Virus record (IMG/VR): IMGVR_UViG_2778261448_000009
Span: 1 to 35,006 of that record
Direction: 5' to 3' (one strand)
Source of the DNA: a virus
Taxonomy: Duplodnaviria > Heunggongvirae > Uroviricota > Caudoviricetes
DNA: 35,006 nt
Each line of letters opens with the position of its first letter. Position 1 is the stretch's first letter. Under the pieces are notes generated by a model. That model was not told the origin of the DNA. It was given only the letters and a program-made list of their open reading frames with translations, and ran no database searches. Of this stretch, positions 1 to 8,088 are shown piece by piece. A program made the translations under genes and the position numbers.

Positions 1-942
1 TTATTGGCAGTAAGAAAAGTTAGTACCATACATTTCATCATGAAGCATTGCAGCATTGCGTTTCTGTTCTTCTTCCTCGTCTTCTACATCACTAGAGAAA
101 TAGGATTTTCCCTTGAAGGAACGAAGCAATTGCAGTGCAGCCATCGGATCACGCATCACATCGATTTTCACTTCTACTTCATCATTTGCGGCCTCATCAG
201 CCGCGTTTTCAACTACTGCTACCGGAGCAACTTCTTTAGCTTTCAGTTCTTCAATCTCAGATTTCTGTGCTTCAATAATCTGGTCTTTTTCTTCCAGTGC
301 AGCTTTCAGTTCTGCGATCTGTGCTTCCAGTGCAGCAAAGCGATCTTCAACAACAGGAGAAACAGCATTAACCTGTGCTTCCAGTTCCAGAAATGCTTCG
401 CAAGATTCAATACGTTCTTTCTCTTCACCTTCATAAGCAACCAGTTCTACAACTTCTTTTTCGGTAGCGTGGCTGTTAAAGAATACAGCAAAGTAAGGAT
501 TGCCGGATTTAGTGAAGTTCAGTTTAGCTTTTCCGGTAACTTCTTTACGACGACCGAAGGTGATCTGGCAATCAGCGGTATCCTGAAAATCCATGTTAGG
601 AGCGGAAACGATAGCAGTATCACCAGCAATAACCAGGTGGAACAGTTCAGAAGAGTTCTTAACGGTGAAAGTAACGATGTGGTCTACTGCAACGTCTTTA
701 GCAGGTTTAACGCGGTCGATTGCTTTACGAATGCCGTTAGGCAGTTTACCGTCAACACCAAAGCCAGCCGCGATCAGTGCTTCACGATGTGCTTTAAAGC
801 CAGCGAAAGCGGATTTCTGCTGTGCAAAGGAAACATGAGCAACAACTTTCGGCTGAATCTTCTTGTTTGCTTCGGTTCCAAATTTGATAACTGCTTTAGC
901 GTTGGTTACTTCGTTAGTGAAAAAGTTAGCGGAAAATAACAT
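1..942 (-). CDS. hypothetical protein, 313 aa: N-terminal globular region, central coiled-coil (AALEAQIAELKAALEEKDQIIEAQKSEIEELKAK), acidic C-terminal stretch
   Basis: Complete minus-strand ORF; revcomp shows AGGAG 8 nt before the ATG at 942-940 and a TAA stop at 3-1. The plus-strand ORF 4-939 is low-complexity antisense. Function not recognised. Confidence 0.6.
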   Translation of the reverse strand: MLFSANFFTNEVTNAKAVIKFGTEANKKIQPKVVAHVSFAQQKSAFAGFKAHREALIAAGFGVDGKLPNGIRKAIDRVKPAKDVAVDHIVTFTVKNSSELFHLVIAGDTAIVSAPNMDFQDTADCQITFGRRKEVTGKAKLNFTKSGNPYFAVFFNSHATEKEVVELVAYEGEEKERIESCEAFLELEAQVNAVSPVVEDRFAALEAQIAELKAALEEKDQIIEAQKSEIEELKAKEVAPVAVVENAADEAANDEVEVKIDVMRDPMAALQLLRSFKGKSYFSSDVEDEEEEQKRNAAMLHDEMYGTNFSYCQ

Positions 943-988
943 TATAAATACTCCTGTGGAAAGTTAGTTTTAATTGTTCATCGCAAAA

Positions 989-1025
989 GCCTCCTTGTTG
1001 CCGCAAGGGGGCTTTTTTATTTTTA
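989..1025. terminator. hairpin flanked by T-runs on both strands (possible bidirectional rho-independent terminator)
   Basis: 9-bp stem GCCTCCTTG/CAAGGGGGC with one G-U wobble, 6-nt loop, then TTTTTTATTTTT on the plus strand; the minus strand has TTTT after the stem. Confidence 0.5.
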
Positions 1026-1056
1026 AAGCCATCATATAATTCTCAGTGAAAGGTTA

Positions 1057-1239
1057 TTACCACACCTCTGCGGTAATCTTTACGCGAATATCATACTTCT
1101 TTAAGAGTTTATGAAAGGTTGATTTATCGATACCCTCATTTTTAAACCACTCTTCAATTCTCACACCCGGCGTTAACTCAAAGTAGCGTTTAGCCATTTC
1201 TAAGATGATTTCGCGAGTGAACTTAACAGGTCGTGCCAT
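1057..1239 (-). CDS. small helix-turn-helix-like DNA-binding protein, 60 aa
   Basis: Complete ORF with TAA stop; the segment GIDKSTFHKLLKKYDIRV looks like an HTH recognition helix. Function inferred from the motif only. Confidence 0.45.
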   Translation of the reverse strand: MARPVKFTREIILEMAKRYFELTPGVRIEEWFKNEGIDKSTFHKLLKKYDIRVKITAEVW

Positions 1240-1702
1240 CTCGAATCCTCCTACAATGTGGATTAATGATTTCTTAAAAAAGAGCGTTAACCGCTCACTA
1301 TTATTTATATGGGGATTGTATTTTATTTTTCAACCCCTCACATTTATCTCTTATATATGTATTTATAACAGAGATATGTTAAAATGTTATTCAGATGTTA
1401 TCAGACGTGTTAAATGTGTTAAACCGCAGCACGAATTGCTAAAGCGGAGAGCACGAATTAACCAAATTGATGTATATTCAATCAATTTAGAAAAAGGCAT
1501 AGCACTTTTTGCTAAAGCGGTGAGCATTAATTGAGCTATGAATTGTAAAGATTTGTTACAAGATTTTCTCTCAGATCCAAATCTTCACAGACATATAACA
1601 ATTTAACACGGTGATAACAATAGGAAGGAAAATCGGTAAATTTTCACTTTCAATACAAATATTATAACATATTTATCTCTAATTGTCAAGTGTAGCACCG
1701 AT

Positions 1703-1751
1703 CCTACACAGTGTCAACAAAGGATTTTCAAACCTACACTAGCCCTACACT
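1703..1751. repeat. CCTACAC repeats (3 copies) with a GTGTAG/CTACAC dyad
   Basis: CCTACAC at about 1703, 1733 and 1744; dyad AGTGTAG-caccgatc-CTACACA at about 1690-1712. Confidence 0.5.
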
Positions 1752-1758
1752 ATGAAAA

Positions 1759-1933
1759 TTGCCCCTGAATTTTGCCCCTGAACCAAAATCCCCTAGATTT
1801 CACTATCCCATTTTTGCCCCTGAAACCTACTATTTTTGCCCCTGAAAATCTAATTTTTGCCCCTGAAATTTGCCCCCGAAAAGGATTGGTGAGAAAAACT
1901 CTTTATAAAACATTAACTTAGTGAGGGGCAAAA
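1759..1933. repeat. iteron array: six direct copies of TTGCCCC(T/C)GAA plus one inverted near-copy
   Basis: Copies start at 1759, 1772, 1814, 1836, 1857 and 1870 (spacings 13, 42, 22, 21, 13 bp); a degenerate copy TCCCCTAGA at about 1790; inverted copy GAGGGGCAAAA at 1923-1933. No ORF overlaps. Confidence 0.8.
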
Positions 1934-2064
1934 CGGGGAATCGGGCGTGCATAGATATTATATAACACATTCGCTACGCTCATGTGTAAAACCAAAAACA
2001 ACAAATAACCAAAAAGATATTAGGAGGGCTTTGCCCGACTGCGCGAAGCGCCAACCAATTGCTT

Positions 2065-2304
2065 CTAGTAACAACTAATTTAAACTAGATGATACTAGAT
2101 GGTCTTAGAAGGAATTAACTAGTTTGCTCGCTCGCTTCGCTCACTCTCAAACGTCTGCGACGCCACTGCGTGGCATCGAGAATCACTTCTGAAAGGATTT
2201 TCTTGAAAGGGATTTTAAACTAGTTACTAACTGATTCTAGAAAGATAGTAATAATCACTTTGAAGATAATAGTAGTTAACTGGTTACTAGATGATTCTAG
2301 ATCA
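2065..2304. repeat. CTAG-rich repeat cluster (8 CTAG in about 240 bp) with direct repeats ACTAGATGAT and TGATTCTAGA, interleaved with GC-rich dyads
   Basis: CTAG at 2065, 2085, 2095, 2119, 2220, 2237, 2287 and 2297; ACTAGATGAT at 2084 and 2286; TGATTCTAGA at 2232 and 2292; GCGAAGCG (2045) inverted as CGCTTCGC (2133); GCCACtgcGTGGC at about 2162-2174. Confidence 0.75.
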
Positions 2305-2330
2305 CTTTAATGATCATGAAAGGTATTGGT

Positions 2331-2359
2331 ATCCCTTCGGGATTGCAACCTTCGGTTGC
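2331..2359 (+). other. two adjacent stem-loops with UUCG tetraloops (candidate RNA structural element in the leader of the 2562 gene)
   Basis: ATCCC-TTCG-GGGAT at 2331-2343 and GCAACC-TTCG-GGTTGC at 2345-2359; no U-run follows, so it is not a classical terminator. Confidence 0.45.
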
Positions 2360-2561
2360 TAAATTGCTTCCGGATTATTATTTCTCCAAAAGAAAGATTC
2401 TTATATTCTAAAGATACTTCTTCGTTTTGATGATGATTTAATCAAAATCTATGAAGGAGGCGAAGCCGACTGAATACCAATTCCTTTCAAATTAGACAAA
2501 AATTTCTCGTTATAAATAATAGTGAACTTACTTTGATTCACTTTTTTAGAGGATTTCCACT

Positions 2562-3011
2562 ATGATCAATACTAAAACTCCTTTCATTCTTCTGGGTCTG
2601 AACCATGATGATAATCTGGCTATGATGCATGTTTTCGCTAATCGTGGTTATAACATCATTCGTCATTCCGAAGACTCCAATTTCTCAACTGCTTTCTATG
2701 CTCTTAAACGTAATGGTCGCCCTACGGTGATCGTAGACTGCTTTACTGATGAAGGTCGTGAACAATACAACAACATTCCGGCAATTATTGTTCGTGATGA
2801 CCTGCCGTTTGATGTTCGTGAATATGACGTTGATTTAGGCTCTTACTATGGGATCGCCGATCTTGACCAGATTATGGCTGATTATGGTAAACAACCCGCT
2901 CAGGAAGCCCCAGAACACGATGAACAAGACGAAGATGACGACTACACACCAATCTGTTTCTCTTCTCACGGTGGCTTCTACGGTTACGATGAAGGCTTAG
3001 ATATGCTGTAA
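2562..3011 (+). CDS. hypothetical strongly acidic protein, 149 aa (candidate early anti-restriction or DNA-mimic protein, speculative)
   Basis: GAGG-type RBS before the ATG; I count about 29 D/E against 10 K/R, with a C-terminal EAPEHDEQDEDDDY cluster; first ORF downstream of the 1.3 kb noncoding region. Confidence 0.6.
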   Translation: MINTKTPFILLGLNHDDNLAMMHVFANRGYNIIRHSEDSNFSTAFYALKRNGRPTVIVDCFTDEGREQYNNIPAIIVRDDLPFDVREYDVDLGSYYGIADLDQIMADYGKQPAQEAPEHDEQDEDDDYTPICFSSHGGFYGYDEGLDML

Positions 3012-3046
3012 TTTAGGTCAACCCTTTGGCGTCTTGTCAAGGGGTA

Positions 3047-3075
3047 TTGACAAAATTTTCTGACTTTTTTATGAT
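3047..3075 (+). promoter_or_regulatory. sigma70-like promoter: TTGACA, 17-bp spacer, TATGAT
   Basis: Exact -35 hexamer at 3047-3052 and near-consensus -10 at 3070-3075; further TTGACA/TTGTCA boxes at 3034 and 3084; lies upstream of the 3132 gene. Confidence 0.5.
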
Positions 3076-3131
3076 TATCGCACTTGACAACTTTGAACCT
3101 ATTTGACCTAGATTTGTAAAGAGGATGTAAC

Positions 3132-3464
3132 ATGAAAGAATTTACCATCACTAAATCCCTGTATGACTGGACTGTTAAAATCTCCGGCAAAACCGTTTCT
3201 GTAAGCCCTAGCCATGTAGAAAATGATTGGGGCGTATCCCGTGAAACTATCTCCCGTAGTATGCATGTTCCGTTTGATCTGATGTCCTTAACTGGTATTC
3301 ATGCAATGCTGGAAGTTCGCGAACAATTCGAAGCTGGTAATCACAATGCGACTCCAGTTAACAATCACCTTCTTACTAATGAAGAACGTGAAATCATCGA
3401 AAACTGGCGTTATGAATATGCGATTCCTTATTATGAAGAAGATCAGGTAGAAATCGATTGGTAA
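3132..3464 (+). CDS. hypothetical acidic protein, 110 aa, with an HTH-like segment (GVSRETISRSM); weak candidate for a small terminase or regulator
   Basis: RBS AGAGGA before the ATG; TAA stop; no recognisable family by eye. Confidence 0.5.
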   Translation: MKEFTITKSLYDWTVKISGKTVSVSPSHVENDWGVSRETISRSMHVPFDLMSLTGIHAMLEVREQFEAGNHNATPVNNHLLTNEEREIIENWRYEYAIPYYEEDQVEIDW

Positions 3465-3565
3465 TAAATTTCTATTATAAATAAAATTGTTCCGCGCGCC
3501 GTTGGCGTGTGGACAGTTAAAAACAGGAGAATCAATCACTAAACCGTTTAAGGGGAATTTTTACT

Positions 3566-4414
3566 ATGAATACTGTTACTACTATGAATACTGCTGTTAA
3601 AACTGCTTCCGTGTCTCTGGTTGTTGATAACACCAAACCGCTGACCATGTCTACTTTGCAGATCGCGGAATTAACCGGAAAGAATCATAAAGATGTTATG
3701 CGTGATTTTCGTAATATGGTTGATTCGCTTGAAAAGGGTAGCAAACTGGTCGGAGGAGATGAGCGCAATTTTGCGCCCATCGGTTTTTATAAAGAAACGA
3801 CTTATAAAGATTCTCTGAATCGTAATAAACCGATGTATGAACTGGATGAAGATCTCTGTAATACTCTGGTTATGGGATACGATGCACCGCTTCGCTTCAA
3901 AATTGCTAAAGAATGGCGTTTGATGAAAGAAGGTAAAGCTAATGTTCCGGTTAATCCATATGAACACTTTGAAGAAACAGACTGGATCGAACTGGCGTTA
4001 AAGAAAACTCGCGAAAACAAACAACTGATTGAACTTCATGTTCGCAAATCCGTAGATAGCCATTCTATGACACGTCTGTTAGGCGCTAAAAAGGGCGCTA
4101 CGAAGGTTAAAGAAGCACTGACGGCCTTGCGTACTGCTGGCTACATTGAGCGCGTCTATGATGAAAATAACAAGCCGTGTGGGTATGTTGCTAATGACTC
4201 TTCTCTGTCTTTCTGCCGCATGAATGCTCACTACCAACTTGAGTTTACTGTTGATGTTCTTCCTGTGTTGGTTGAATTGGGCATTTTGGAAGAAGAACAG
4301 AAAGCAACTCTTAAACTACCGCAGCCAAATAACACTATTCTGATTCAAAACAAAGCTGCTAAACAGATTCGTGAATCAGGTAACGTAATTTCCCTTGTTG
4401 ATTTTGGGATCTGA
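3566..4414 (+). CDS. Rha-family phage regulatory protein, 282 aa
   Basis: N-terminal segment LTMSTLQIAELTGKNHKDVMRDFRNM matches the signature I recall for the Rha (Phage_pRha) family; RBS AAGGGG before the ATG; TGA stop. Confidence 0.65.
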   Translation: MNTVTTMNTAVKTASVSLVVDNTKPLTMSTLQIAELTGKNHKDVMRDFRNMVDSLEKGSKLVGGDERNFAPIGFYKETTYKDSLNRNKPMYELDEDLCNTLVMGYDAPLRFKIAKEWRLMKEGKANVPVNPYEHFEETDWIELALKKTRENKQLIELHVRKSVDSHSMTRLLGAKKGATKVKEALTALRTAGYIERVYDENNKPCGYVANDSSLSFCRMNAHYQLEFTVDVLPVLVELGILEEEQKATLKLPQPNNTILIQNKAAKQIRESGNVISLVDFGI

Positions 4415-4420
4415 TTAATC

Positions 4421-4451
4421 GCCCGGCGCATAATTGCGCTGGGCTTTTTTG
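4421..4451 (+). terminator. rho-independent terminator after the Rha gene
   Basis: Stem GCCCGGCGC/GCGCTGGGC with one mismatch, loop ATAATT, then TTTTTT. Confidence 0.6.
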
Positions 4452-4462
4452 TATCTGATGCA

Positions 4463-4568
4463 TCCAGATTTGGATTTCTAGAAAGAATCAACCACTTAGA
4501 TAGATACGCTGAACTTTAAGCACATCCCCTCAGTTTTGAGGGCATCTATAGATCAGTCCAAATCTGGA
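4463..4568. repeat. perfect 12-bp inverted repeats TCCAGATTTGGA / TCCAAATCTGGA enclosing an 82-bp segment with an internal hairpin
   Basis: Arms at 4463-4474 and 4557-4568; internal hairpin CCCTCA-GTTT-TGAGGG at about 4528-4543; the element lies between two convergent terminators. Confidence 0.7.
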
Positions 4569-4610
4569 CTCAACTTAGAAATGAGCGCAGTTTTGCGCCG
4601 ATTGTTTTAC

Positions 4611-4638
4611 ATACAAAAAAGCCACTCCGAAGAGTGGC
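4611..4638 (-). terminator. rho-independent terminator for the minus-strand genes, UUCG loop
   Basis: Minus strand reads GCCACTC-TTCG-GAGTGGC followed by TTTTTT. Confidence 0.65.
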
Positions 4639-4653
4639 AAAGAGAATCAAAAC

Positions 4654-4887
4654 TCAAAAACCTGTTGCTTCTACGATCTGACCATCACCGATCTGAACAT
4701 AGAATTTAATGTCTAACTTCTTCATATTCTTATAGAATTGGGCGATTGAGATCCCATGTTCACTAAGAATCTGTTCTTTCGCTTCCTTACCACGATCCGC
4801 TGTATAGTAAGCGTAGGCAATATCAGCCATCTGTTCAGCGTTAAAACGGCAAGGACGACCGCGAGTAGCTTTAGTAGTCATAGTCAT
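4654..4887 (-). CDS. small putative DNA-binding protein, 77 aa
   Basis: Complete ORF ending in TGA; N-terminal TRGRPCRF and an HTH-like ISIAQFYKNMKKLDI segment. Confidence 0.5.
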   Translation of the reverse strand: MTMTTKATRGRPCRFNAEQMADIAYAYYTADRGKEAKEQILSEHGISIAQFYKNMKKLDIKFYVQIGDGQIVEATGF

Positions 4888-4915
4888 TTCTCCAAATTAA
4901 AGTGAATGTTCACCT

Positions 4916-5521
4916 TTATTTAGAGGACTTACATTTTATCGGAAAAAGTTCTCCATCGTCAATACTCATAAAGAACTCTACCTTAATCCCGTACTTCCTC
5001 AGCCGTGAATAATATGTACCCCGACTAATATCAACCTTGCGAAGCACTTCGAAGAACCCTGTAGGATCGTTGTAATAGTGGCTATATTTCACGTTAGCGA
5101 GTTCAACGAATAGTTCCCTTGTATCACCATAGCCTTTCTTGAAAGCCTCGTTACGATAGCGTGTAATTGCGTGATTCAATCTCTTCTGTTTCAACACTTC
5201 TCGGATCGGTGTCCACTGCAAACGATAGATAGGACCGTCATCCACTCGATAATAACGCTTGATATCAAAATCAAACCAATCTCGGACTCTCCGAAACTCT
5301 GTATGTGATGTTCTATGCTTCTTAAAGAAGTTGTGAACGTCTGTATAACCATTATCGCGGTAAAACTCTATTAAAATCTCTTTCGCTTCCTCACGACTAA
5401 AGCCAGATGTTGTGTAGTCGGTTTTTAAATGCTTATGCTTAACTGGCAAACGATATTCATGATCGGTACAACAAGACAAGGCTAATTCTACTTCATCTCT
5501 TTGTTGCTGATTAATTAGCAT
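4916..5521 (-). CDS. hypothetical basic protein, 201 aa, with HTH-like segments
   Basis: Complete ORF with TAA stop; segments such as [14 protein letters not shown] resemble the HTH of the 60-aa protein at 1057-1239; function unknown. Confidence 0.5.
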   Translation of the reverse strand: MLINQQQRDEVELALSCCTDHEYRLPVKHKHLKTDYTTSGFSREEAKEILIEFYRDNGYTDVHNFFKKHRTSHTEFRRVRDWFDFDIKRYYRVDDGPIYRLQWTPIREVLKQKRLNHAITRYRNEAFKKGYGDTRELFVELANVKYSHYYNDPTGFFEVLRKVDISRGTYYSRLRKYGIKVEFFMSIDDGELFPIKCKSSK

Positions 5522-5606
5522 ACAACCCCCTTTAATTAATACCCGTATTTATCAAAATATCAACAATTTAATAAATACCTTCATATTTCGTAATGAGGGT
5601 AATTAC

Positions 5607-7511
5607 ATGAAACTGATTTCAAATAAGGCAAAATTAAAAAAGATTCTCAAAAATGCAGCCAAATATATTACGCCACCGCCTAAGCTCCTTCCTTCTGAAT
5701 GGTGCGAAGCGAATCTAACGCTAGTCGATGGTCCTCGTGCTGGGGATAAAGTTAAATTACTGTCATTTCAGAAAGGCATGATTGATGCTCCTTTCCTTGA
5801 GAAGAAAAAGAAGTACGTTTTTTGTACGAGTGCACAGATCGGAAAGACGACCATCATGTCAGGGATTATGTTTAACCAGATGGCAAACGATCCGTGTAAT
5901 ATCATTATCGGGCAAAGTACCGCTAAAGAAGTGGCTATGTACTTGAATACTAAGATCCGTCCTTCTATTGAAGCATGTCCGGCATTACAGGAAGTGGTAA
6001 CAGATAAGAATGATCGTAATGCGGTAAACAACAATAACCAGATTCAGCTAAAAACAAACCATTTCCTTTACATGGTTTCTTTGACCAGTCCTTCAAGTTT
6101 GCGCGGGCGTACTGCCAAGTTAGGGATTGTAGACGAATGCGACGCAGCAACAATCACCGAAGAAGGTTGCCCGGTGGCACTAACTGCAAACCGTTTAACT
6201 ACCTTTGGTGATGAAGCTCGATTGATTGTTTCTAGTACCCCGACCAATAAGCTGGGAATTATTAACCAGCAATGGTTATCAAGCGATATGCGTATGTTTT
6301 TTGTTCCGTGTCCTCATTGCGGGGAACACCAGGTGATCGAGTGGGAAAACGTACAGTTTGAATGGCGTAACATTGATGGTAAGAACTTACCCGATCCTGA
6401 TACCGCTCGTTATATTTGCCCCCACTGTAAGAACGCATGGACAGAAGGAGAGCGGATCAGGGCGGTGGCACAAGGAGAGTGGAGAGCAACCCGTGAAAGT
6501 GAAGTAGCAGGATTCTGGATCAGCCGTCTGTATTCACCTTTCAGCACGATCCGCGCTTGTGTGGTTGATTTTAGTCATGCGTGGCAATCCTTTGATTTAC
6601 AATCATTTTATAACACCGTGTTAGGCAAGGTATACGACGATCAGGACACGGCAGTAGAAGCAAATGAACTGGAACAACTCAAAACAGATGTTTCTATCGA
6701 GAATATCCCTGATGACGTGATTTTCTTGTGTGCGGGTACTGACCAGCAATTAGATCGCGCAGAAACTACAATCATGGGCGTGGCAAAGGATAAGATTTAT
6801 ATTCTGGATCATCGCAGCTTTTACGATCATAACTGTGAACGATATGAATCCCCTGTATGGGATAGATTAATCAACTTCCATAAAACCAAATTTACTACTG
6901 TATCGGGTGATCGTGTTCCTATGCTCGCCAGCTTCCTTGATACATCGAACGGTCGATTCACTCAAGCCGGATACCGTATTTGCGGCAAGTGGAAGAACTT
7001 ACACGCTATCAAAGGTAGTTCTGCTGGTAACGCTCCGATCATTCCGGTTAAACCTACCCGCACAGGTGGTCATGAATTGCTTATGTTGGGTGTTAACGTG
7101 GGTAAAACTGCATTTCGTGAAATGTTGGCTAGGAACCTGAAAGATAATCCTCATATTAGCTTAGAAATATCAGACACCGTTCCTGATGATTATTTCGATC
7201 AGCTTTTAAGTGAATCTGTTAAGCGTACTACTACTGGCGTGAGATGGGTAAAGAACCCAGGCGTTAGGAACGAGGCGCTCGACTGCGCCGTGTATGCTAC
7301 AGCGGCTTCTCGCTACGTTCTTTCAAAAATGTCATGGGATAAACTCATTGCAATGAAAGACAGCTTAAACCGTGTTGTCGAAGAACCCGTAAAAGCTCCT
7401 AAATCGCAATCTAACGAGCAAATCGAAGAAACTAAGCCAATCACACGACCACAACGTCAAAACATCGCCAGACGTCCAAATAGAGGACGTAGCTGGATAA
7501 CATCGTTCTAA
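5607..7511 (+). CDS. terminase large subunit, lambda GpA family, 634 aa
   Basis: Motifs shared with my recollection of lambda gpA: CPHCGEHQV (lambda ACPHCGEEQ), [14 protein letters not shown] (lambda YSPFTT), [10 protein letters not shown] (lambda GIDSQLDRYE), [15 protein letters not shown] (lambda RRNEALDCFVYALAA). RBS GAGGG before the ATG. Confidence 0.85.
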   Translation: MKLISNKAKLKKILKNAAKYITPPPKLLPSEWCEANLTLVDGPRAGDKVKLLSFQKGMIDAPFLEKKKKYVFCTSAQIGKTTIMSGIMFNQMANDPCNIIIGQSTAKEVAMYLNTKIRPSIEACPALQEVVTDKNDRNAVNNNNQIQLKTNHFLYMVSLTSPSSLRGRTAKLGIVDECDAATITEEGCPVALTANRLTTFGDEARLIVSSTPTNKLGIINQQWLSSDMRMFFVPCPHCGEHQVIEWENVQFEWRNIDGKNLPDPDTARYICPHCKNAWTEGERIRAVAQGEWRATRESEVAGFWISRLYSPFSTIRACVVDFSHAWQSFDLQSFYNTVLGKVYDDQDTAVEANELEQLKTDVSIENIPDDVIFLCAGTDQQLDRAETTIMGVAKDKIYILDHRSFYDHNCERYESPVWDRLINFHKTKFTTVSGDRVPMLASFLDTSNGRFTQAGYRICGKWKNLHAIKGSSAGNAPIIPVKPTRTGGHELLMLGVNVGKTAFREMLARNLKDNPHISLEISDTVPDDYFDQLLSESVKRTTTGVRWVKNPGVRNEALDCAVYATAASRYVLSKMSWDKLIAMKDSLNRVVEEPVKAPKSQSNEQIEETKPITRPQRQNIARRPNRGRSWITSF

Positions 7512-7517
7512 TCATTC

Positions 7518-7535
7518 GCCGTCCTTCGGGGCGGC
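7518..7535 (+). other. intercistronic stem-loop with UUCG tetraloop
   Basis: GCCGTCC-TTCG-GGGCGGC directly after the terminase stop; no U-run follows. Confidence 0.45.
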
Positions 7536-7583
7536 TTACTCCTAAATATTGTTAATCCAATAACAATTAAATAAGGGGTAATT

Positions 7584-8078
7584 ATGAGTTTAGAACTAAT
7601 TCCCTTAGTAATTCGTAAAGGCGAAAAAATCACGCTGGCGAATGAAGAGGGTGTAACAATTCAGGTAGGAAATAGTAAAGGTATCATTTATCAGGTTGAT
7701 GATTCTCCGGCTAATCACGAGATTAAAACCTTAGATTTTGCCGAGGGTAAATATACCATCGTAACCACGTTGGAAGATGAACTGGTATCAATGCAGGAAT
7801 TAACTGTTTTGCCAGTATTCGCCAAACAATCCAAAAAAGAATATCTGCGGGAAACTATCGCCTTAATCGAGCAAGTTATTTTCGCCCGTTTATCTGGGGA
7901 CGAAGCCGCATTATCTCAAATGACCGTGAAAGGGAATACTTTCGCTTATGAATCATTAGGTGTTCTCCAGCAATTGAAGACTGATTATGAACGTCAGTTA
8001 TCTAAATTAATTCAAGCCGAACGACGTAAACAGGGAATTAGCCCGATTAAAAATATCAAATTACGTCTTACGCGATAA
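7584..8078 (+). CDS. hypothetical protein, 164 aa, at the position lambda gpW occupies between terminase and portal
   Basis: RBS AAGGGGTAATT before the ATG; assignment by position only. Confidence 0.45.
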   Translation: MSLELIPLVIRKGEKITLANEEGVTIQVGNSKGIIYQVDDSPANHEIKTLDFAEGKYTIVTTLEDELVSMQELTVLPVFAKQSKKEYLRETIALIEQVIFARLSGDEAALSQMTVKGNTFAYESLGVLQQLKTDYERQLSKLIQAERRKQGISPIKNIKLRLTR

Positions 8079-8088
8079 GGGGTAAATC

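Noticed and set aside
4-939. 311-aa plus-strand ORF covering the first gene
   Set aside because: Low-complexity Phe/Leu/Ser/Cys-rich translation with no RBS; it is the antisense shadow of the well-formed minus-strand gene 1-942.
1205-1534. 109-aa plus-strand ORF inside the noncoding region
   Set aside because: It overlaps the start of the minus-strand gene 1057-1239, lies in an AT-rich repeat block, has no RBS and a low-complexity translation.
1759-1880. Possible CRISPR array
   Set aside because: The repeats are only 11 bp with spacers of 2-31 bp of irregular length, and there is no leader or cas context; iterons are a better description.
2510-3482. TATAAATA words at about 2510 and 3474 as T4-type late promoters
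   Set aside because: Only two occurrences, both upstream of early-looking genes rather than structural genes, and no late-sigma gene is visible in the window; probably chance AT-rich sequence.
4412-4530. In-frame open sequence after the TGA stop of the Rha gene (and similarly after the 77-aa gene) as further readthrough candidates
   Set aside because: These frames run straight through terminator hairpins and show no conservation with each other or with the capsid and tube extensions, so open frame alone is weak evidence here. This is also why the capsid/tube call rests on conservation and synonymous changes, not on the open frame.
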